64,000 nucleotides of DNA, taken from Candidatus Hydrogenedentota bacterium (lineage in GTDB: Bacteria > Hydrogenedentota > Hydrogenedentia > Hydrogenedentales > SLHB01). A program made the position numbers and the translations under genes. The notes under the pieces are model-generated. The model made no database searches and was not told the DNA's origin. It saw nothing but the letters and a program-made list of their open reading frames with translations. Of the stretch, positions 14,901 through 25,645 are shown in pieces. The stretch covers positions 224,001 to 288,000 of the forward strand of contig CAXXYE010000011.1 in NCBI GenBank assembly GCA_963674865.2, read 5' to 3'. Every line of letters starts with the position of its first letter. The stretch's first letter is position 1.

Positions 14901-17900
14901 CGATTGGGAGGACCCGGGCCCCGGCGGGTTCTACGATGACCTAGGCAATCTGACTAAGCAGCCGCACCGAGTGCAGCAGTTGCCTTGGGCGGACGACCCG
15001 GGGCGTGTTGACTCAACGAAGAACGGGTTCCTCTGGCACAACGGAAGCCGGGATTTCGACCGCGGCGGCGGCCCGCTCTCGTGGCAGAGGCAGGCCGAGA
15101 CACTCTACGGCACGCCCGTCGAAATGCACTATGACGGGCTCGACCCGTTTGCGGAATACCGCCTGAAGGTCTTCTACTTCGGCCGGTATTGGCCCACAAT
15201 GACGCTCACCGCCGACGATACCTACCTGATCCACGATGCTGAAGGTAGCGGCGTATTCCCGCCGCCCGAATATGACATCCCGACGGAACTCACCGATGAT
15301 GGTGTGCTTGACCTGAGATGGGACCTCGTGGATGGCCGTGGCTGCCAGGTGGCGGAAGTCTGGCTGATGAAGATAGATGCTGATGGCGACGGGCTGCCTG
15401 ATGGCTGGGAATCGGACCACGGGCTCGATCCCAATGATGCCACCGGAGACAATGGCGCTGATGGCGATCCGGACGGCGACGGCCTCGTCAATTTCGATGA
15501 GCTTCTAAATGGGACGGACCCAGGGTGTGCCGATACGGATGAGGATGGGCTGAACGACGGGGACGAGGTCCATACCTACGGTACCCAGCCCACCGATTCC
15601 GATACGGATGGCGACGGACTGCTCGATGGCGACGAGACGCGCGACCTCGATCCGTCGACGCCGGGAATCCAGAATCCATTCGACCCCTTGAATGCGGACT
15701 CCACCGGCAACGGCGGCGCCTCCGGTGCAGACGGCATTCTTGACGGCGAGAACGATTACGACGACGACGGCGTCAACAACCGTAACGAGTTCTCCGATGG
15801 CACCAATCCAACCGATGCCGATAGCGGTATGTTGTATGGCGGCGCCGACAATCCCGATGCCCTCGTGTGGAGCACCTTCCTGGGCGGTGTCGAAATAGAC
15901 GCCCAGAAAGATCTTGTGGTGGACGCCGCGGGGAACGTCTACGTCGTCGGCTTCACCAACGCGCCCGATTTCCCGACGACCCCCGGCGCGTTCCAAACGA
16001 GCTTCATTGCCGGGGAGGACACGTTCCCTGAGCGTCGAGGCGGCGACACCGCCTACCTCGTCAAGTTCGACGCAACGGGATCGGGCCTCGTATTCTCGAC
16101 CTTCCTCGATGGCAGCGGCGATGAGATGATCATGGGCGTTGCGCTGGACGGCGCGGGCGACGTCTGCGTGGTCGGCACCACGTCGTCGTCGGATTTCCCG
16201 GCCACCTCCGGCGCGTACGACACCTCCTACAACGGTGGCCACGACGCGTTTGTGGCGAAGTTCACTTCCGACGGCGCCCTCGTATTCTGCACCTACATCG
16301 GCGGCAGCGGCGATGATGATATTTACCTCGTTGACAACGGCGGATGCATCGCCGTTGACGGGGACGACAACATCTACATCACCGGCCGCACCTCCTCGGG
16401 CGATTTCCCGGTGACCTCCGGCGCCTTCGACACGACACACAACGGGAATTACGACACGTTTGTGGCCAAACTCGACGCTGATGGAAGCACGCTTGCCTAT
16501 GCCACCTTCCTTGGCGGCGGGAGTACGGACCAAGGACATGATATTGCCGTCAACGCCGCCGGAGAGGCCTTTGTTGCCGGACAGACAATTTCCTCCGACT
16601 ACCCCGTCACGTCAGGAGTGGTCGGCCCGGCCCTTCTCGGAGCCAGGGATGGCTTTGTCACGCGGGTGAGTGCGGACGGTGCCTCACTGGTGTACTCGAC
16701 ATACCTCGGCGGCAGCGGTGTGGATGATGCCAAAGGCATCGCCGTGAATGCGTCGAGCGAAGTCTTCGTTGTCGGGGCAACACAATCCGCCGACTTTCCG
16801 ATGGCCCCCGGCGCGTTCGATGACAGCTACGACGACGGCAATGACGCGTACGTTTGCCGGCTGGACGCAACAGGCGGCACCGTGCTCGCGTCAACCTATT
16901 GCGGCGGGAGCCGGGGCGAAGCCTTCATGAACGTCGAGTTGGACAGCGCGGGCAACGTGTGGGCGGCCGGCGATACCGGCTCGACACTGCCCACGAGCGC
17001 CGGAGCCTTTGACACCTCGTACAACGGCGGCCACGGCGCCGGCGACGTGTTTGTGGCGCACTTCGATGCTGCGCTTGGGACACTGCTCTATGGTTCCTAT
17101 CTGGGCGGCGCCAATCAGGAATGGGATGGCAAAGTCGCCCTGGATGATGCCGGCTGCGTCTATGTGTCCAGTTTCACCGCTTCGGGCGATTTTCCCACGA
17201 CGGTGGGCGCCTTTGACACCACCTACGACGGCGACGGCGAAACAACCTGGGATGTCTTCGTAACCAAGCTCGACCCGGCTGTCGGCGCGGGAGACAGCGA
17301 TGGCGACGGCATGCCCGATTGGTGGGAGAATCTCTACGGGACAGACCCCGCCGTAGACGATTCCGGCGAAGATCCCGATGGTGACGGGTTGAGCAACTTC
17401 GACGAGTTCCTGAACGGCACATGGCCACTCGACGCCGATCCCGATGGCGACGGCCTGACGGACGGAGACGAGATCATCCTGCACGTCACCGACCCGTTCT
17501 CCTCGGACACCGACGGGGACGGTTTGTCGGACTACGACGAGGTCCGCGACCTCGATCCCGGTACGGCAGGCGTACAGAACCCATTCGATCCCAACGATAT
17601 GGACTCCACCGGAGACAGCGGAAGCACGTCTCCGGACGCTCTTAGAGACGGGGACAACGACTACGACGGCGACGGCGTATCCAACCGCGTCGAACTGTCC
17701 GACGGTACCAGCCCTCTCGATCCCGACAGCTTCGTGGTCCATCCTCACGCGACCTATGTTCTGGGCTTGCCAATCACCATCGTTTCGGGAGAGTCCGGGA
17801 GTTTCTACCGTTACCTGAAGTGGTCGCACGACGGCACGAAGCTCGGTTATGAGGACGAGACCACCGGACAATCCTACAGTGTGCCCTCCGACGGCTCGGA

Positions 17901-20900
17901 AGCGCCGCTGGCGGTGAGCACGTGGGGTCTCAACGGTGACTACGTCTGGGGCTGCGGCGATGACTCCTGGTGGCGTTCGGATGCTGCTGCCTGGAAGCTC
18001 CGTGAGATTCGCCTGGAAACACAGTTCGAGATCCAGCGCGTCAACAGCGATAGTGGGGCGTTGCTCGCTCCCGACCTCACGAATCGCTCCGGGACGAACT
18101 ACCTCCTGTACTACAAGGATGACCCAGAGAGAAACCTCGAGTGTATCGCCTACGACCCGCTCGGCTTTGCTTACAGCACGAGCGTGGCCATCCGGCTGAC
18201 CGACCTCGATCTTGGTTCGGACGGATGGCTCGAAGCGCCGCGCTGGAGTCCCGACGGGAAGAAGATCGCGCTCTGGTACCGGGATTACTCGGGAGCGCCT
18301 GTCGACGCGGTCTTCGTTTTGCAGAACTCGCTCGAGATCGTCGAAGGCCTCACCGATCCGCCGTTGGATGAAGGTGATTCTCGCTTCACCTACATCGATG
18401 GCGGCGCGGAGTACGTCTCCTACCCATGCTTCAGCCAAGATGGGAATACCGTCTTCTTCACCAAGGACGCAAGTGGACTCTTCCAGGAGGATTTGGCCAA
18501 CTTCGACGAGAGCGACTTCGATATCGCCTACGCGCCTGCCGATGGCGCCGGCCCCGTCACCACCTTTGCCATGTCCGGCAACCAGGGCCTAGCAAACGTG
18601 TCGCCGGGAGGCATGCGCATCGCGTATGTCGACGATAGCCTCGGAACTTGGGACATCTGTGTGGCCTCGCTTCAGGCCGTGAGCGAAGTCAGCGGTACGC
18701 CCGCCGCTCCTGGGCAGGGAGGCGCCTCCAATGACGGCGTTAATGATCTGCTTGTCGAGGACGCCACCCAGGTCGAAGACGCGTCCGGCACGGTTCTCGA
18801 GATCGCACAGGACACTGTGATCGATTTTCCGGACGGCGTGGATCAGACCATTACAGTCGAGACGCCGATAGATCCCGTTGAAGAGCCTCAACTTCCACCG
18901 GGAGTCGAGGGGATACCTGTTGTCCGCGAGTTTGGGCCCGAAGGAACTCAGTTCTGGCCGGCCATTCTCGTGACCATCTCGTACACGGACGCCGAGATCG
19001 GCAACATGGATGAATCGACGCTCAAGATATACCAGTACAATGACGCCACCGGGCTGTACGATATCGAGGTGACGACCATTGTAGAACGCGATCTCGAGAA
19101 CAACACCATCACCTTCTCGGTGGAGCATTTCTCGAGCTTCGGTATCGCCAAACAGACGGATACCGATGGCGATGGCCTCCCCGACGTCGTGGACACGGAC
19201 GACGACAACGATGGGCTCGATGACACCGACGAGGCCGCGGCCGGCTCCGACCCGCTCAATCCGGATACCGACGGCGACGGGTTGACGGACGGCGATGAAG
19301 TCCATGTCTACGAGACTAGCCCCACCGATGTGGACTCCGATGACGACACCCTCGAGGATGGCTGGGAGGTGGACAACGGCCTGAATCCCGCTACAGACGA
19401 TACCGACGCTGACGGCTTGACCGACCCCGACGAACTCTATACGCACTTGACCGACCCGACCGATCCCGACACCGATGGCGACGGGATGCCGGATGGGACG
19501 GAAGTCGACGGAGGAACGGACCCGCTGGACGAGTTCTCGTTCGCCAGCGATGTGTACGTGGACAGCGCCAGCGGCAGCGATGCAACAGGCTTCGGCACAC
19601 AGGCCCATCCGTGGGCGACCATCGCGCACGCAGTGGCCTTGGTCGAAGGAAGCGCGTCCAACCCGATCTCCATCTACGTGGCAGAAGGGAGGTACGCCAC
19701 CGCACTCAGTCTTGATAGCTACGAGAGCCTTTACGGCGGCTATGAGGCTGTGGACTGGACGCGGGATATCGCGCTACACCCGACGGTGATCGATGGCAGC
19801 ACGGCCGACGCCGGCGGCCCGGCGGATCACGTGGTGGTCATGGATAATATCTCCAACGCCCGCCTCGACGGCTTCACGGTAACCGGCGGCGTGGCAGATG
19901 GGGTCTGGCCCGAGTGCTGCGGTGGTGGTCTCCACTGCGAGAGCCTTGACGATACGAACGCCATCGCCACCTGCGCCTTGATCGGCAATGCCGCAGACTA
20001 CGGCGGCGCAGTGTTCTGTGATCTTTCCTCGCCGGCCTTCTTGAACTGCACGATAAGCGGCAATAGTGCCGTGCACTACGACGGCGGCGGCATACTCTGC
20101 TTGGCCTCCTCACCGACGCTCATCAATTGTACGGTGAGCGGGAACGCGGCCAGTGAAGACGGGGGCGGGCTCTTCTGCTTCGTTTCCTCGCCGACGCTGA
20201 CGAACACGGTCTTCGAGGGCAACGGGCATTTCGCCATCTGCGAGGCCGACGACGCATCCGATCCGCTGGTGACCTATTGCCTATTCCACAACAACCTGGA
20301 CGGGGATTATTTCGACGAGGGCGCGACAGGTTACACCGGTGCTGCTGCCATCAACAGCAACGTTCCCGAGGCGAGCGACAACGTTGACGGCGATCCGTTG
20401 TTCGAGATGGGCCCCTCCGGTACATGGACAGCCATGCCGAGCTATGACCCCGGTACGAACCGCACGACGCTGACGGACGCGAGCGCCGTATATGTCCCCG
20501 ATGCGCTTGTGGGTGGGCTGATCAATCCCAATACCGCTCAATACCTGCAGGCACTGATCGTGGAGAACACCGCCACGAGCATTGCGGTTGCCGGCGCGTG
20601 CTACGCATCGGTGGGGTCGGGCGACTCATACCAGGTGATTGACTACCACCTCAAGCCCGGTTCGGCGGCCATCGACCAAGGTTGCGACGTGAGCGTCCCG
20701 GTCTTTGGCGCCGTGACGGAGGACTTTGATGGTGAACCCCGCGGTATGGACGGCGACGGCTTGGGCGCGGCCACGGGCGACGGGTCGGACTATGACATCG
20801 GTGTGGACGAGGCCCCCGACCCGACGGCGCCCGTGATCTTCACGGGCAATCCTTGGGAATACACCTACGATGTCGTCGATGACGAGGTGCTTGTCACGGA

Positions 20901-21762
20901 TACGGTATTCGGCCGCGACGGGACGCGGACAATCACCTACGCGCCGAGCGTGACCTTCGCCAACGGTATCACATACACGACCGTAATCGTCGGCACGCCC
21001 GGCAACGACAGCCTTCTGGGCACCTTGGGCAACGATATCCTCATCGGCCTTGCCGGTAACGACAAACTCAACGGGCACAACGGCGACGACCTGCTGGTGG
21101 GCGGCGATGGGGCCGATTACCTGCTCGCCGGGACCACTGGCGACGACGTATTGCTTGGCGAAGGCGGCAACGACCACCTCCACCCGGTAACGGGCAACGA
21201 TGTCTGTTTCGCGGGCGAAGGCGAAGACTACGTCTATCTCAAGAGCGTGGCTGACGCAGATATCCTCGACGGCGGGCCGGGCATCCGCGACGTCCTGAAG
21301 ATCACGGATTTGACCTACACGACCTATGAGATGACGGGTAGCCACGGATTCGAGCGCTTCGTGGGCGGCGCAGGAGCGGACATTGTTGACTGGTTCGACC
21401 TGGGCACCTCTTCGCAAATGGCGGGCAACGGCGGCGACGACGTGTTGTCCGGCGGGCCCTATCGCGACATTCTTCGGGGCGGCGCCGGAAGCGACACGCT
21501 GCAGGGCGGCGTTAACAGCGGCGGCCAGCGCGATCTGCTGTACGGGGAGGTTGGCGATGACCTGCTCATCGCCTTCGGCGGGAACGCTAACTGCTACGGC
21601 GGCGACGGCGAGGATACTGTACAGTTTTCCGGCGACCCCTTCGACCCGAGCGAATACAAGAACCGCTGGGATCCTGCTACCGGCACAGGAAGCGTCGTCG
21701 ACCTAGTCGCCGACCGCGACGGCGGCAATTATCTCATTGAAGTGGAGAACCTGAGCCACTGA
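1..21762 (+). CDS. Giant modular extracellular/surface protein (5'-partial, >7,250 aa): multiple beta-propellers, thrombospondin-3-like Ca-binding linkers, PKD, GH-like domain, TolB-like propeller, beta-helix, RTX C-terminus
   Basis: Frame is open from base 1 ([16 protein letters not shown]...), so the true start lies upstream of the window. Motifs: TFGxGEPNETxL and DFPTTxGAYDxxFNG blades, DxDGDG(M/L)PDxWE linkers, WSWDFGDG (PKD), GGxGxD nonapeptides near the C-terminus. Confidence 0.93.
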   Translation, partial: QVAACEDGGAYVVGHFRREVAVVGGPLSTVLTPAVPGVYETFVAKYNAVGVLEWVKRVYGSGRVEIDDCRTAPGEDGVLVVGSFQGVATFGAGEPNETSLNAGVFGHMYLAKFNCDGTLAWAKQAAGEEGFTCGELTLTPRGNAVVVGPLFGTVTFGEGEPNETVLAAVAEQRIFVADYGVDGTLACVKCIAAAYSTYASISAACAFYDESVAFTGYFDSTLAFAPGEPGEVSLVSEGDRDAFLARFSVGQDWDGDGMPNSWETAHGLNRNDAVDAAGDGDGDGLTNLAEYESNTDPNDADTDSDGLPDGDEVYSSNPFIPDTDHDGLSDGEEALGYLTHTEVPDSDADGWSDGEEVAAGTSPLDPDDHPPLEIGSLTWARRDGGLSDDRLYSMVVGSDGRAVGVGCFEGTSIMGADGPNETALVSDGSIDICVAGYETSGALAWARRAGGPNIDYARWVTVLPEGSVLFQARFTGTGTFGPGEPNEVTLVGPSTGAQNVLVNYSMDGTLARVTHAGKSYDYAYGRGLDIFDDGSSVICGYFRGQLVLGEGEPNETVFPGTTHYHGFLAKYNPDLTLAWARQAVSDDRLYPYDVTLLSDNSAVVAGYFRGAATFGPGEPNETTLIADDYDLFVVRYRADGALAWARQVGASSSDYGYAVAALPDDSVIVTGRVDGTVMFGAGEPNETTLASDGLRMFLARYRSDGSLVWAKEAFNDTGAFAGASAGRALECSEPGSFVIQGYFSGTATFGPGELNETSLSTGDASLQYGFLAKYRWDGTLAWVRWIGGATRAWSGYDLSVLGEGTVLVAGYFNGAAVLGKGEPFETFLTSAGDNDAFVAKYVVWTDSDGDGMSDDWEDWRGLDPDVNDAADDPDGDGLSNLAEYNAQTDPGNPDTDGDGYTDGDEIRAGTNPLDASSYPVEGRELLWARRDGGPDRDQAQTMVSFDDGSMVVAGIFEGSATFGEGGPNETTLVSAGALDVYVAKYIPDGGLLWITQGGGIGHDYPLAVEALADGSCVVQGRFSYTAVFGPGELNERTLMSLDHDMFLARYNPDGSLAWATQTSSQSYGDETNPWSGGRDIALLPDGNILALVRCQGRVEFIPESPGAMTVYSAFPGHWDLAYAKYRSDGSVAWAQPIVVTREIHPSSWGYVTACSDGGGYVAGQFRNQVTVVGGPLSTLFTPAAPNVYEAFVAKYNAAGVLEWIKHTCGTGQVEVDDCRTAPGEDGVLVIGTFDGVATFGEGEDNETILDAGVTADAYLAKYDRDGTLAWVTKASGEEGSTSGRVAVTPRGNQVVAGLFSGTTTFGEGESNQTVLSATADQNLYLADFGVDGTLNSVKCIAAAYSSYASLAAICAFYDEGVAFAGNFDDSLTFAPGEPGEISLVSEGGRDAYLARFSAGTDWDGDGIPNDWEYAHELDQNNPADATDDGDSDGLTNLEEYENNTDPNDADTDGDGMPDGDEVHVYTSNPFIPDTDHDGLLDGEEALDYLTYTDAPDSDADGWSDGEEVAAGTSPLDPDDHPPIEAGSLLWVRKDGGTSDDRGYSVVAGADGRLVGVGTFEDSSTFGADEPSETELVAGGGLDIHIAGYNADGSLAWAKRAGGWYTDYARRVITLPDDTALIQARFSGIGTFAPGEPEETTLVGASASAQNVLINYSLDGTLERVVYAGKSYDCAYGRGFDLCGDSSLVLVGYFRGETIFGEGEPNETTLNSSGYSLYNGFLAKYNPDWTLAWAKEALANDRLYFNDVAALSDGSAMVVGYFRINATFGPGEPNETTLVGDDYDGFIARYHPDGTVAWAEGFGASGTDRAYAVTALQDDSIIVTGYIDGPVTFAAGEPNETTLTSDGPRMFLARYRADGSLVWAKEAVNDTGAFAGSSGSHAIERAERGTVLIQGYFRGEVTFGPGEANETTLSTGDASIQYGFLAKYRMDGTLARANWAGGAGTTSTGYDVSVLDDGTALVTGCFTGGAAFGFGEPNETSLASAGGRDAFLAKYVVWTDSDGDGMSDDWENWRGLDPDVDDAADDPDGDGLSNLAEYNAQTDPGNPDTDGDGYTDGDEVHAGTDPNDPSSSALGDAENPAQLIWSTFVGGLDWDEGCAHVVDAEGNVYLAGDTESPDFPTTAGAYDDTLDGSEDAYVAKLNSTGDALVFSTYLGGSGEDRVWDILVDDLGDIFLIGSTTSEDFPTTSGAYDTTFNGDEDVFIAKLNSTGDTLLFSTFLGGSSREYPYEDQVLVLDASGNLCFAGATASADFPTSPDAYDGTHNGDNDAFVVKLSSDCGVLVYSTYLGGSGSEVAHSLAISATGELHVIGTTSSWDFPTTPGANDAVLDGPDDTFVTKFNASCTALAYSTFLGGSAGEHGNRATVDGSGGLYVSGRTESWDFPVTPGAYDKSFNGDRDAFCARLDASGQLLASTYIGGFLRDQGHTVLVDSVGNVWLSGFAYSSDFPTTRGAFDRTLSGEYDMFLVSFDGLLGHLLYGTFLGGSDGEGMDSFTEFGPDGSLFLLGRTKSADFPVTPGAYDTQYADGGDLFITKLDPAAGMGDSDGDGMPDWWENLYGLDPGVNDAAGDLDGDGLNNLDEYNRNTDPDNPDSDGDGYSDGDEVAAGKDPNSASSSPLGDAQNPAQLVWSTFLGGTDIEEASGLAVDTSGNSYVAGRTCSTDFPVTPGAYDESFNGGTDDAYVAKLNDTGDALVFATFLGGSGDDFASDLCVDDAGNIYVVGSTTSADFPTTPGAYDTTFNGSEDVFVAKLNATGDTLLYSTFIGGANDDSPRERSAIVLDEAGSLYIAGRTASSDFPTTSGSYAPTFGGGGSDGFITKLSADGSALVYSTFLGGSADELCSSLAVNAAGEVYVGGNTDSIDFPTTSGAFDTSHGGWGDAYVAKLSADGTALLFSTLIGGSGDDTGRHVALTDTGEVYLSGWTDSLNFPVTSGAYGETFNGDRDGFVVLLDATGSAVLAGTYLSGAEFDTVHELELDGSGNLWVSGMVRSEDFPNTPGAFDRTYNGNTDQYVAEFDASLTTLLYGTFVGGMYFEGDYFMALGPADNIYVYGRTQSKNFPFTPDAYDTTYNGNRDGFVLKLDPAGGTGDADADGMPDWWESLYGLEPNVDDAAGDLDGDGLSNVDEYNWGTRPDYSDTDGDGYTDGDEVHAGTDPNDPSDSLIGDAENPAALEWGTFLGGSDQEEARGLYIDGDGNTYVVGKTVSADFPATAGALSEAFNGGSEDGYVTKFNSTGETLLFSTFLGGSGWDRVSTVVPDGLGNIYVLGDTDSADFPTTAGAYDTTANGGADLFVAKLTGTGDTLLWSTLLGGSGDEEIYDRSVLIVDGSGDLWLSGWTYSADFPTTSGAYDTTPNGGADGFVVKLAGDGSAVLYSTLLGGSDDDNPHNLQLNGVGEVYVVGETWSGDFPVTSGAYDETFNGDRDVFVAKLNAVGDALLYGTYFGGTGRDTSADFLLLPASEEVCISGYTESWDFPTTSGAYDETRDGDRDAFCSILDATGSSLTASTLVGGSARESGNTLALDSGGNIWLSGSTESVDFPTTPGAFDVSLNGGWDEVIVQFDPSLTSLLYSTYVGGAAAEGDYYVALDSADHVYVYGRTESLAFPVTPGAYDTTFNGYRDAYLLKLDPSTVNLDSDGDGMPDWWENRYGLDPGVYDADDDGDGDWLTNLDEFNADTDPSSSDTDGDGWNDRAEIERGADPRDNADFPYAKRSLRWATQIGSAGYVSHPQVACLESGVTVVFGRFEEAVTFAAGQLGETTLYSVGERDLFIALYGPDGAFAGALRAGGPYNDVPWDVMVLPDGTAVITGEFTGEATFNAGAPDQVTLASLNGDMFLVKYNIDGSIDWAAQSSAVDAGSRAYGRNIAPLGDGSMIVCGRVQGTVVFGAGEPNETTLSGIYDTFFAKYNPDGSLAWARVVGQLADASSSLTGYVAALDDGRMYLFAEFRGEITVVPGPNATTLTSSPYDVYDLVAAGFNADGTVAWVKQAGGTDREDGDHDIVALDDGSLLAVGQFNGTTTLGAGEANETVLVSAGDYDMYIARYNPDGSLAWAKQAGGPGRENNNRLSSFGDGTMVGASVFDQATTVGPGEPGEMTLEAWDIENAFLADHCADGSLAWAKRIACSDVAMSVTDIAALSCRDVAVAGTFEGALALAPGEPEQTTLAGGAVRGAYIAVFAETDHDGDGISDLAEGDGDPDGDGIPNYLDPDSDGDGMPDAWEHQHGLDPYMDDIAGDPDEDDLNNLEEYQAGTDPQDSDTDDDGFLDGAEITFGTDPLDPNDVPAADFSASTTLGEPSLRVLFAATSEVDGEPVTAWSWDFGDGSPAVGEQNPEHIYTVSGSFDVTLTLTTATGDAILSKPSFVNVADTANLASGTVDLTDAVIVTRPGSLPSAEQMAAAMLMYEVETRTGLTWPITDTWPATGTVIAITSQSDPGPPVNEEGYHLFVEAGGPGPEVVWIIGGGPRGALYGAGKLLRSLDWATETAQLDQAPGVTTEPAYPLRGHQIGYRNLANTYDAWDRDQYEQYIRELVIFGANAIENIPFETVDSVHFPIAKEQMALEISAICADYGIEHWIWTPAPDLYNSTARAASLAQHEAFYQQCERLDGVFVPGGDPGSNPPDLVMTFLEDLASLLSVYHPDAGIWVSNQGFEQDENDWFFDYLQTYEPDWLAGVVYGPWTKLSLEEERSRVPAKYPIRRYPDITHNVRCQYPVPEWDGAFAHTLGREASNPRPLDEAHIHNVFAPLADGFLAYSDGAHDDLNKAVWSMCGWEPSTPVDEIVEDYARFFFGPDVAEDAADGLFALEQNWVGPVAGNAVIANTLALWEGLEALRPELASNWRWQLCLLRANYDAYIQERLTYETTLEEQADTALATASSIGADTAMADAQAALDLADTVPVRPDLRTRIVDLCDDLFNTIGMQTSVPLYGAKNYERGCVLDFVDHPLNNRWWYENVFAVAAGSGTEQEKLDILNGWILDWEDPGPGGFYDDLGNLTKQPHRVQQLPWADDPGRVDSTKNGFLWHNGSRDFDRGGGPLSWQRQAETLYGTPVEMHYDGLDPFAEYRLKVFYFGRYWPTMTLTADDTYLIHDAEGSGVFPPPEYDIPTELTDDGVLDLRWDLVDGRGCQVAEVWLMKIDADGDGLPDGWESDHGLDPNDATGDNGADGDPDGDGLVNFDELLNGTDPGCADTDEDGLNDGDEVHTYGTQPTDSDTDGDGLLDGDETRDLDPSTPGIQNPFDPLNADSTGNGGASGADGILDGENDYDDDGVNNRNEFSDGTNPTDADSGMLYGGADNPDALVWSTFLGGVEIDAQKDLVVDAAGNVYVVGFTNAPDFPTTPGAFQTSFIAGEDTFPERRGGDTAYLVKFDATGSGLVFSTFLDGSGDEMIMGVALDGAGDVCVVGTTSSSDFPATSGAYDTSYNGGHDAFVAKFTSDGALVFCTYIGGSGDDDIYLVDNGGCIAVDGDDNIYITGRTSSGDFPVTSGAFDTTHNGNYDTFVAKLDADGSTLAYATFLGGGSTDQGHDIAVNAAGEAFVAGQTISSDYPVTSGVVGPALLGARDGFVTRVSADGASLVYSTYLGGSGVDDAKGIAVNASSEVFVVGATQSADFPMAPGAFDDSYDDGNDAYVCRLDATGGTVLASTYCGGSRGEAFMNVELDSAGNVWAAGDTGSTLPTSAGAFDTSYNGGHGAGDVFVAHFDAALGTLLYGSYLGGANQEWDGKVALDDAGCVYVSSFTASGDFPTTVGAFDTTYDGDGETTWDVFVTKLDPAVGAGDSDGDGMPDWWENLYGTDPAVDDSGEDPDGDGLSNFDEFLNGTWPLDADPDGDGLTDGDEIILHVTDPFSSDTDGDGLSDYDEVRDLDPGTAGVQNPFDPNDMDSTGDSGSTSPDALRDGDNDYDGDGVSNRVELSDGTSPLDPDSFVVHPHATYVLGLPITIVSGESGSFYRYLKWSHDGTKLGYEDETTGQSYSVPSDGSEAPLAVSTWGLNGDYVWGCGDDSWWRSDAAAWKLREIRLETQFEIQRVNSDSGALLAPDLTNRSGTNYLLYYKDDPERNLECIAYDPLGFAYSTSVAIRLTDLDLGSDGWLEAPRWSPDGKKIALWYRDYSGAPVDAVFVLQNSLEIVEGLTDPPLDEGDSRFTYIDGGAEYVSYPCFSQDGNTVFFTKDASGLFQEDLANFDESDFDIAYAPADGAGPVTTFAMSGNQGLANVSPGGMRIAYVDDSLGTWDICVASLQAVSEVSGTPAAPGQGGASNDGVNDLLVEDATQVEDASGTVLEIAQDTVIDFPDGVDQTITVETPIDPVEEPQLPPGVEGIPVVREFGPEGTQFWPAILVTISYTDAEIGNMDESTLKIYQYNDATGLYDIEVTTIVERDLENNTITFSVEHFSSFGIAKQTDTDGDGLPDVVDTDDDNDGLDDTDEAAAGSDPLNPDTDGDGLTDGDEVHVYETSPTDVDSDDDTLEDGWEVDNGLNPATDDTDADGLTDPDELYTHLTDPTDPDTDGDGMPDGTEVDGGTDPLDEFSFASDVYVDSASGSDATGFGTQAHPWATIAHAVALVEGSASNPISIYVAEGRYATALSLDSYESLYGGYEAVDWTRDIALHPTVIDGSTADAGGPADHVVVMDNISNARLDGFTVTGGVADGVWPECCGGGLHCESLDDTNAIATCALIGNAADYGGAVFCDLSSPAFLNCTISGNSAVHYDGGGILCLASSPTLINCTVSGNAASEDGGGLFCFVSSPTLTNTVFEGNGHFAICEADDASDPLVTYCLFHNNLDGDYFDEGATGYTGAAAINSNVPEASDNVDGDPLFEMGPSGTWTAMPSYDPGTNRTTLTDASAVYVPDALVGGLINPNTAQYLQALIVENTATSIAVAGACYASVGSGDSYQVIDYHLKPGSAAIDQGCDVSVPVFGAVTEDFDGEPRGMDGDGLGAATGDGSDYDIGVDEAPDPTAPVIFTGNPWEYTYDVVDDEVLVTDTVFGRDGTRTITYAPSVTFANGITYTTVIVGTPGNDSLLGTLGNDILIGLAGNDKLNGHNGDDLLVGGDGADYLLAGTTGDDVLLGEGGNDHLHPVTGNDVCFAGEGEDYVYLKSVADADILDGGPGIRDVLKITDLTYTTYEMTGSHGFERFVGGAGADIVDWFDLGTSSQMAGNGGDDVLSGGPYRDILRGGAGSDTLQGGVNSGGQRDLLYGEVGDDLLIAFGGNANCYGGDGEDTVQFSGDPFDPSEYKNRWDPATGTGSVVDLVADRDGGNYLIEVENLSH
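6235..10870 (+). repeat. Three tandem SBBP-type beta-propeller modules separated by DxDGDG linkers (fourth copy at ~15860-17280)
   Basis: Repeated blades 'L(V/L)(F/Y)[10 protein letters not shown]...VDxxGNxYVxGxTxSxDFPTTxGAYDxTFNGxxDxFVxKL'. Confidence 0.88.
12820..13075 (+). other. PKD domain within giant protein
   Basis: PAADFSAS...[11 protein letters not shown]...[19 protein letters not shown]. Confidence 0.9.
13100..15370 (+). other. Putative glycoside-hydrolase-like module (GH67/GH20-type N-terminal domain plus probable barrel) within giant protein
   Basis: EEGYHL...[18 protein letters not shown]...[10 protein letters not shown] matches the zincin-like N-domain preceding GH20/GH67/GH115 barrels. 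It is followed by a non-repetitive ~600 aa region ([27 protein letters not shown]). Confidence 0.6.
19545..20815 (+). other. DUF1565-like/right-handed beta-helix (pectin-lyase-like) region within giant protein
   Basis: [33 protein letters not shown], repeated 'CTISGNxA..GGGxxC..SSP', [12 protein letters not shown]...YDIGVDE. Confidence 0.8.
20990..21620 (+). repeat. RTX/hemolysin-type Ca-binding nonapeptide repeats
   Basis: [44 protein letters not shown]...[11 protein letters not shown]...GGDGEDTV. Confidence 0.9.
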
Positions 21763-21777
21763 TCGAGCGGACATTCT

Positions 21778-21833
21778 GGACAAATGACGCCGCACGGGCC
21801 CCCAGAACTCAGGGCAGGTGCGGCGATGTGTCC
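21778..21833 (+). terminator. Stem-loop downstream of giant gene (possible terminator/stabiliser)
   Basis: cgccgcac (21788-21795) pairs with gtgcggcg (21818-21825), extended by ggaca/tgtcc. No U-tract follows. Confidence 0.35.
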
Positions 21834-21837
21834 AACT

Positions 21838-21888
21838 GTGTAGAGAGCCGTCTACACTCTTGACATTCACTCACATGCAGAGTATTAC
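21838..21888 (+). promoter_or_regulatory. Candidate sigma70 promoter for T2SS operon with adjacent palindromic operator
   Basis: TTGACA at 21860-21865, 17-nt spacer, TATTAC at 21883-21888. Perfect inverted repeat GTGTAGA-N6-TCTACAC at 21838-21857 just upstream of the -35. Confidence 0.5.
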
Positions 21889-22075
21889 ATAGAGACACGG
21901 CCTTGGAGTTGATCTGGCGGGGGAAGGTGGCCTTGTGTTGAAGGGTGAGCGGGGTCGAATACTGTGGGCGTGTCGCAATGCAATTCTGATCGTTCAACGT
22001 AATGTGCGTCATCCATCTGAGGATTTCGGAACGTTACTGAGGTGACAACGGCGAAATGCCGAAAGGGGTCCTTTC

Positions 22076-23746
22076 TTGGAGAAGCTGTCCGACGTTAATC
22101 TTCAGGAGGTGCTCCAGCGTTTTCGCCGCACCGGCGAAAGTCTGGGGAAGTGTCTAACGGCCCTTGGCTGGCCCGACGAGGAATCCGGGCTCCGTGCCCT
22201 TGCCGAGAGCGCGGGAATCCGCTTCTTGGATCTGTCAAAGGTGGAGATCGACCGCGCCGCCGCAAGCGGCATACCTCCTGAGCTGATCCATCGCGCCCAC
22301 ATCATTCCCGTGTCCCTAGAGGACGGCCGCCTGCTCCTCGCCATGGAGAACCCCTTCGACCTCCAAGTGGCCGATCACGTCGAGATACTGACAGGGAAGA
22401 AGGTTGATCGCGCCATCTGCACCGAAAGCAACATGGCCGCGGCCATGCAGAGTTTCTACGGCTTCTCCGTCGAACGCATGATCGAGAACCTCGAGATTGC
22501 CGATGAGAATGGCTCGGCCGACAACATACAGATCGGCCACCTGCGCGAGATCGCCAGTGAGCCCACCGTCATCAACCTCGTAAACCTTATGATTGGCCGG
22601 GCCATTCGCGACCGTGCGAGCGATATTCACATCGAGCCTTTCGGAAACGTTCTGAAGGTAAAGTACCGGATCGACGGCGTCCTGCACGACATGCCCTCGC
22701 CGCCGAAACATCTTCAGGACGCCATCATCTCCCGCGTCAAGATTATGGCCGACATGGATATCGCCGAGCGCTACGTCCCGCAGGACGGCCACATCGAGCT
22801 AGGTTTCGAGGGGCACGAGGTGGATGTCCGCGTTGCCACGGTGCCCACGATCTTCGGTGAATCGGTGGTTATGCGTCTGCTCGACAAGACGTCCTTCCTG
22901 TTCGGACTCGAAAAGCTCGGTGTTGAACCGGAGACACTCAGGCGCTACAAAGCGCTGCTCCGCTCGCCCCACGGCATTGTGCTCGTATGCGGCCCTACCG
23001 GCTCCGGCAAGACGACCACTCTTTACGCCTCGCTCAGCGCCATCTGGACGACGGAGCGGAAGTTCATCACCATTGAGGACCCCGTCGAATATGAACTCAC
23101 GGGCGTCAATCAGATACCTGTACGCCCCAAGCGCGGCTTGAGCTTCGCCAACGGCCTGCGCGCCATCGTCCGGCAGGATCCCGACGTGATCATGGTTGGG
23201 GAGATCCGGGATACCGAAACGGCTGAAATCGCGATCCGCTCCGCATTGACGGGCCATCTAGTTCTCAGTTCCCTGCACACGAACGATGCCCCCGAGTCCA
23301 TTTCGAGGCTCCTGGATATGGGCGTCCCCCCCTATCTGATCGCCTCTGCGGTACGGGGCATCTTGGCGCAACGCCTTGTCCGGACCGTATGTTCAGCGTG
23401 CCGGGAGCGTGTGGAACCAAGTCCGGCCTTGCTTGAGCAGATCCGTTCCGAATTGGGGGCGGACGTCCAACCGGTGCTCTATCGCGGCAAAGGGTGTTCT
23501 GACTGCAATGGCACCGGATACCGGGGCCGGACGGCCATTTTGGAGCTCATGAGCGTTGATGACGGGCTACGCGACCTTATCCTACAACGTTCGCCCGGCT
23601 CAACAATCGCCAAGTACGTCCGGAGCAACATGCAGCCGATGCGGGAGGCCGGCTGGCTCAAAGTCGCTCAAGGGGTTACGACCCCGGAGGAGGTCGTAAG
23701 AGTCACCCAGACGACGGGCCTCACCGACAGTGATGAGCTTGTCTAA
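22076..23746 (+). CDS. gspE: Type II secretion ATPase GspE/PulE family
   Basis: RASDIHIEP, Walker A GPTGSGKTT, TIEDPVEY, RQDPDVIMVGEIRD, GHLVLSSLHTND, Cys4 motif CSAC...CSDC. TTG start. Confidence 0.95.
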   Translation: MEKLSDVNLQEVLQRFRRTGESLGKCLTALGWPDEESGLRALAESAGIRFLDLSKVEIDRAAASGIPPELIHRAHIIPVSLEDGRLLLAMENPFDLQVADHVEILTGKKVDRAICTESNMAAAMQSFYGFSVERMIENLEIADENGSADNIQIGHLREIASEPTVINLVNLMIGRAIRDRASDIHIEPFGNVLKVKYRIDGVLHDMPSPPKHLQDAIISRVKIMADMDIAERYVPQDGHIELGFEGHEVDVRVATVPTIFGESVVMRLLDKTSFLFGLEKLGVEPETLRRYKALLRSPHGIVLVCGPTGSGKTTTLYASLSAIWTTERKFITIEDPVEYELTGVNQIPVRPKRGLSFANGLRAIVRQDPDVIMVGEIRDTETAEIAIRSALTGHLVLSSLHTNDAPESISRLLDMGVPPYLIASAVRGILAQRLVRTVCSACRERVEPSPALLEQIRSELGADVQPVLYRGKGCSDCNGTGYRGRTAILELMSVDDGLRDLILQRSPGSTIAKYVRSNMQPMREAGWLKVAQGVTTPEEVVRVTQTTGLTDSDELV

Positions 23747-23969
23747 CCGCATGACGGGATCCATATTCTCCGACGCCTTATCGGGGCTACGTCATTTTTT
23801 AGTCACCAAATACGAGTCTTTTTCGTCTAATTAAGAATAGGTGTGTCGTTGAGGCGTATGGGATGTATGGATACATGTTCGATCTAGGCAGGCGTGTGGC
23901 CAGCGGGAAGGGCCGTCCGTGCGGACAGGGGACGTATGTAGCCCGTTGGCGTGAGAGGCTCTGAGGCCC

Positions 23970-25178
23970 GTGCCGACGTATTGGTACAAGGCCCTCGGGC
24001 AGCAGAACAGTCTTTCTGAGGGGACGATGACCGCGGCTAACCGCCGCGAGGCGCTGCAGCGGCTTATCGACAGCGGGCGTCAGCCCGTTGACTTGCGCGA
24101 AGAGCAGGCCAAGAAGGCGGGAATGCCGCGCCAGTTCTCCTTTGGCCGGCGGCCTATTCGCCTGGCGACCTTCACCCGACAGCTCGCCACCCTGTCCGCT
24201 TCCGGTACGCCCATGGTGAAAGGACTCAACGTTCTTTCCGAACAGCTCCGAGACCCGCGGGCCAAGCAGATTCTGGCCCAGATAAGTGAGCGTATCCAGG
24301 GCGGAAGCACCTTCGCGGATGCCCTTGCTGAGAACCCGCGCATCTTCCCGAAGCTGATGACGAGTATGATACGCGTCGGCGAGAAAGGGGGGACGCTCGA
24401 CGAACAACTCCTGCAACTCTCCGAACTCTACGAAAAAGAAGAAGCACTGAAAGGCGAGGTGCACGCGGCGCTCGCCTATCCGGTGCTCGTGCTGATCCTC
24501 GGCGTTCTGTCAGCCATCGTACTCGTGGCCGGCTTCATCCCGCGACTCGCAGGTCTCTTTGATGACGTTGGGCAGGCGCTTCCCTTGCCTACGCGGATGC
24601 TGCTCGGCCTATCCGACTTCATCACCGGCCATGCATTGGCAATCATCATTGTCGTGGCCGTCCTCGTGGTCGCCGCCAGATGGGCGCTGAAGCGTGAGGG
24701 GGTCCGGTTTCGCATGGACAGTCTGAAGCTGCGGATACCTTTCGTGGGCTCGCTACTACGCAGCCTCGAAATAGCCCGGTTTACGCGTCTGCTAGGCACG
24801 CTTACCCGTTCCGGCATCACCATCGTCGAAGCGCTGGGCATCGTCGAGCCCGTCTTGGCCAACGCCGCCATCGCCGCGACCGCCCGCGACATGACCTCCC
24901 GCATCCGCACCGGCGAACGCCTCGCATCTCTCATGAAGGAGTCGGGCATTTTTCCGCCTCTTTCCGTGCAGATGGTGGCCACCGGTGAAGAGACGGGACA
25001 CCTCGACCAGATGCTAATCCGGCTGGCTGATGCCTACGACCGGGAAGCCACGACTGCGACGAAGGTGGCCACCTCGCTGCTTTCGCCTGCCCTCATTCTA
25101 ATTGTGGCGGCGGTCGTTGGTTTCATTCTGATATCGATGATCATTCCCATATTCCAACTGAGCACGGTAATGCGATAG
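23970..25178 (+). CDS. gspF: Type II secretion inner-membrane platform protein GspF
   Basis: FTRQLATL, MIRVGEKGGTL, ALAYP, FPPLSVQMVATGEETGHL. Confidence 0.95.
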   Translation: MPTYWYKALGQQNSLSEGTMTAANRREALQRLIDSGRQPVDLREEQAKKAGMPRQFSFGRRPIRLATFTRQLATLSASGTPMVKGLNVLSEQLRDPRAKQILAQISERIQGGSTFADALAENPRIFPKLMTSMIRVGEKGGTLDEQLLQLSELYEKEEALKGEVHAALAYPVLVLILGVLSAIVLVAGFIPRLAGLFDDVGQALPLPTRMLLGLSDFITGHALAIIIVVAVLVVAARWALKREGVRFRMDSLKLRIPFVGSLLRSLEIARFTRLLGTLTRSGITIVEALGIVEPVLANAAIAATARDMTSRIRTGERLASLMKESGIFPPLSVQMVATGEETGHLDQMLIRLADAYDREATTATKVATSLLSPALILIVAAVVGFILISMIIPIFQLSTVMR

Positions 25179-25189
25179 GAGCAAGGAAG

Positions 25190-25645
25190 ATGACTCGGGC
25201 ACAAATACGGCGACGACAAGGATTTACGCTTATCGAACTCATGGTGGTGCTGGTGATACTGGCCCTTTTGGTGTCGGTGATTGTGCCCAATGTTGTGGGC
25301 AAGTCCGATGAAGCCAAGGTGACCAAGGCCAAGACCGATATTGCCATGATCGAGGCGCTGCTGGACTCATTCTATCTCGACATGGGGCGTTATCCCACCA
25401 CCGAGGAAGGCCTGCGCAGCCTATACCATGCGCCCGAGGAAGACAGCGAGGCCTGGAAAGGACCCTATTCAAAAAAACCTATCTCCGCGGACCCGTGGGG
25501 CAATCTCTACGTTTACGAATGCCCGGGGACGCGCTCGGGACAATCCTACGAAGTCCTCTGCTTAGGCAGCGACGGCCAGGAAGGCGGTGAAGGCTACGAA
25601 ACGGATATCGTAAGTTGGGTGGATGTAGAGGATGAGCTTTACTAG
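25190..25645 (+). CDS. gspG: Major pseudopilin GspG
   Basis: RRRQG|FTLIELM prepilin site, FYLDMGRYPTTEEGL, WKGPY, DPWGNLYVY, LGSDGQEGG. Confidence 0.95.
   Translation: MTRAQIRRRQGFTLIELMVVLVILALLVSVIVPNVVGKSDEAKVTKAKTDIAMIEALLDSFYLDMGRYPTTEEGLRSLYHAPEEDSEAWKGPYSKKPISADPWGNLYVYECPGTRSGQSYEVLCLGSDGQEGGEGYETDIVSWVDVEDELY

Noticed and set aside
750..19545. CRISPR-like periodic repeats
   Set aside because: The repeats are in-frame protein-coding and degenerate, not repeat-spacer arrays.
22040..22075. c-di-GMP-I riboswitch-like 'GGCGAAA..GCCGAAAGG' before gspE
   Set aside because: Second stem and GACGCAAAGC-type elements are absent. Too short.
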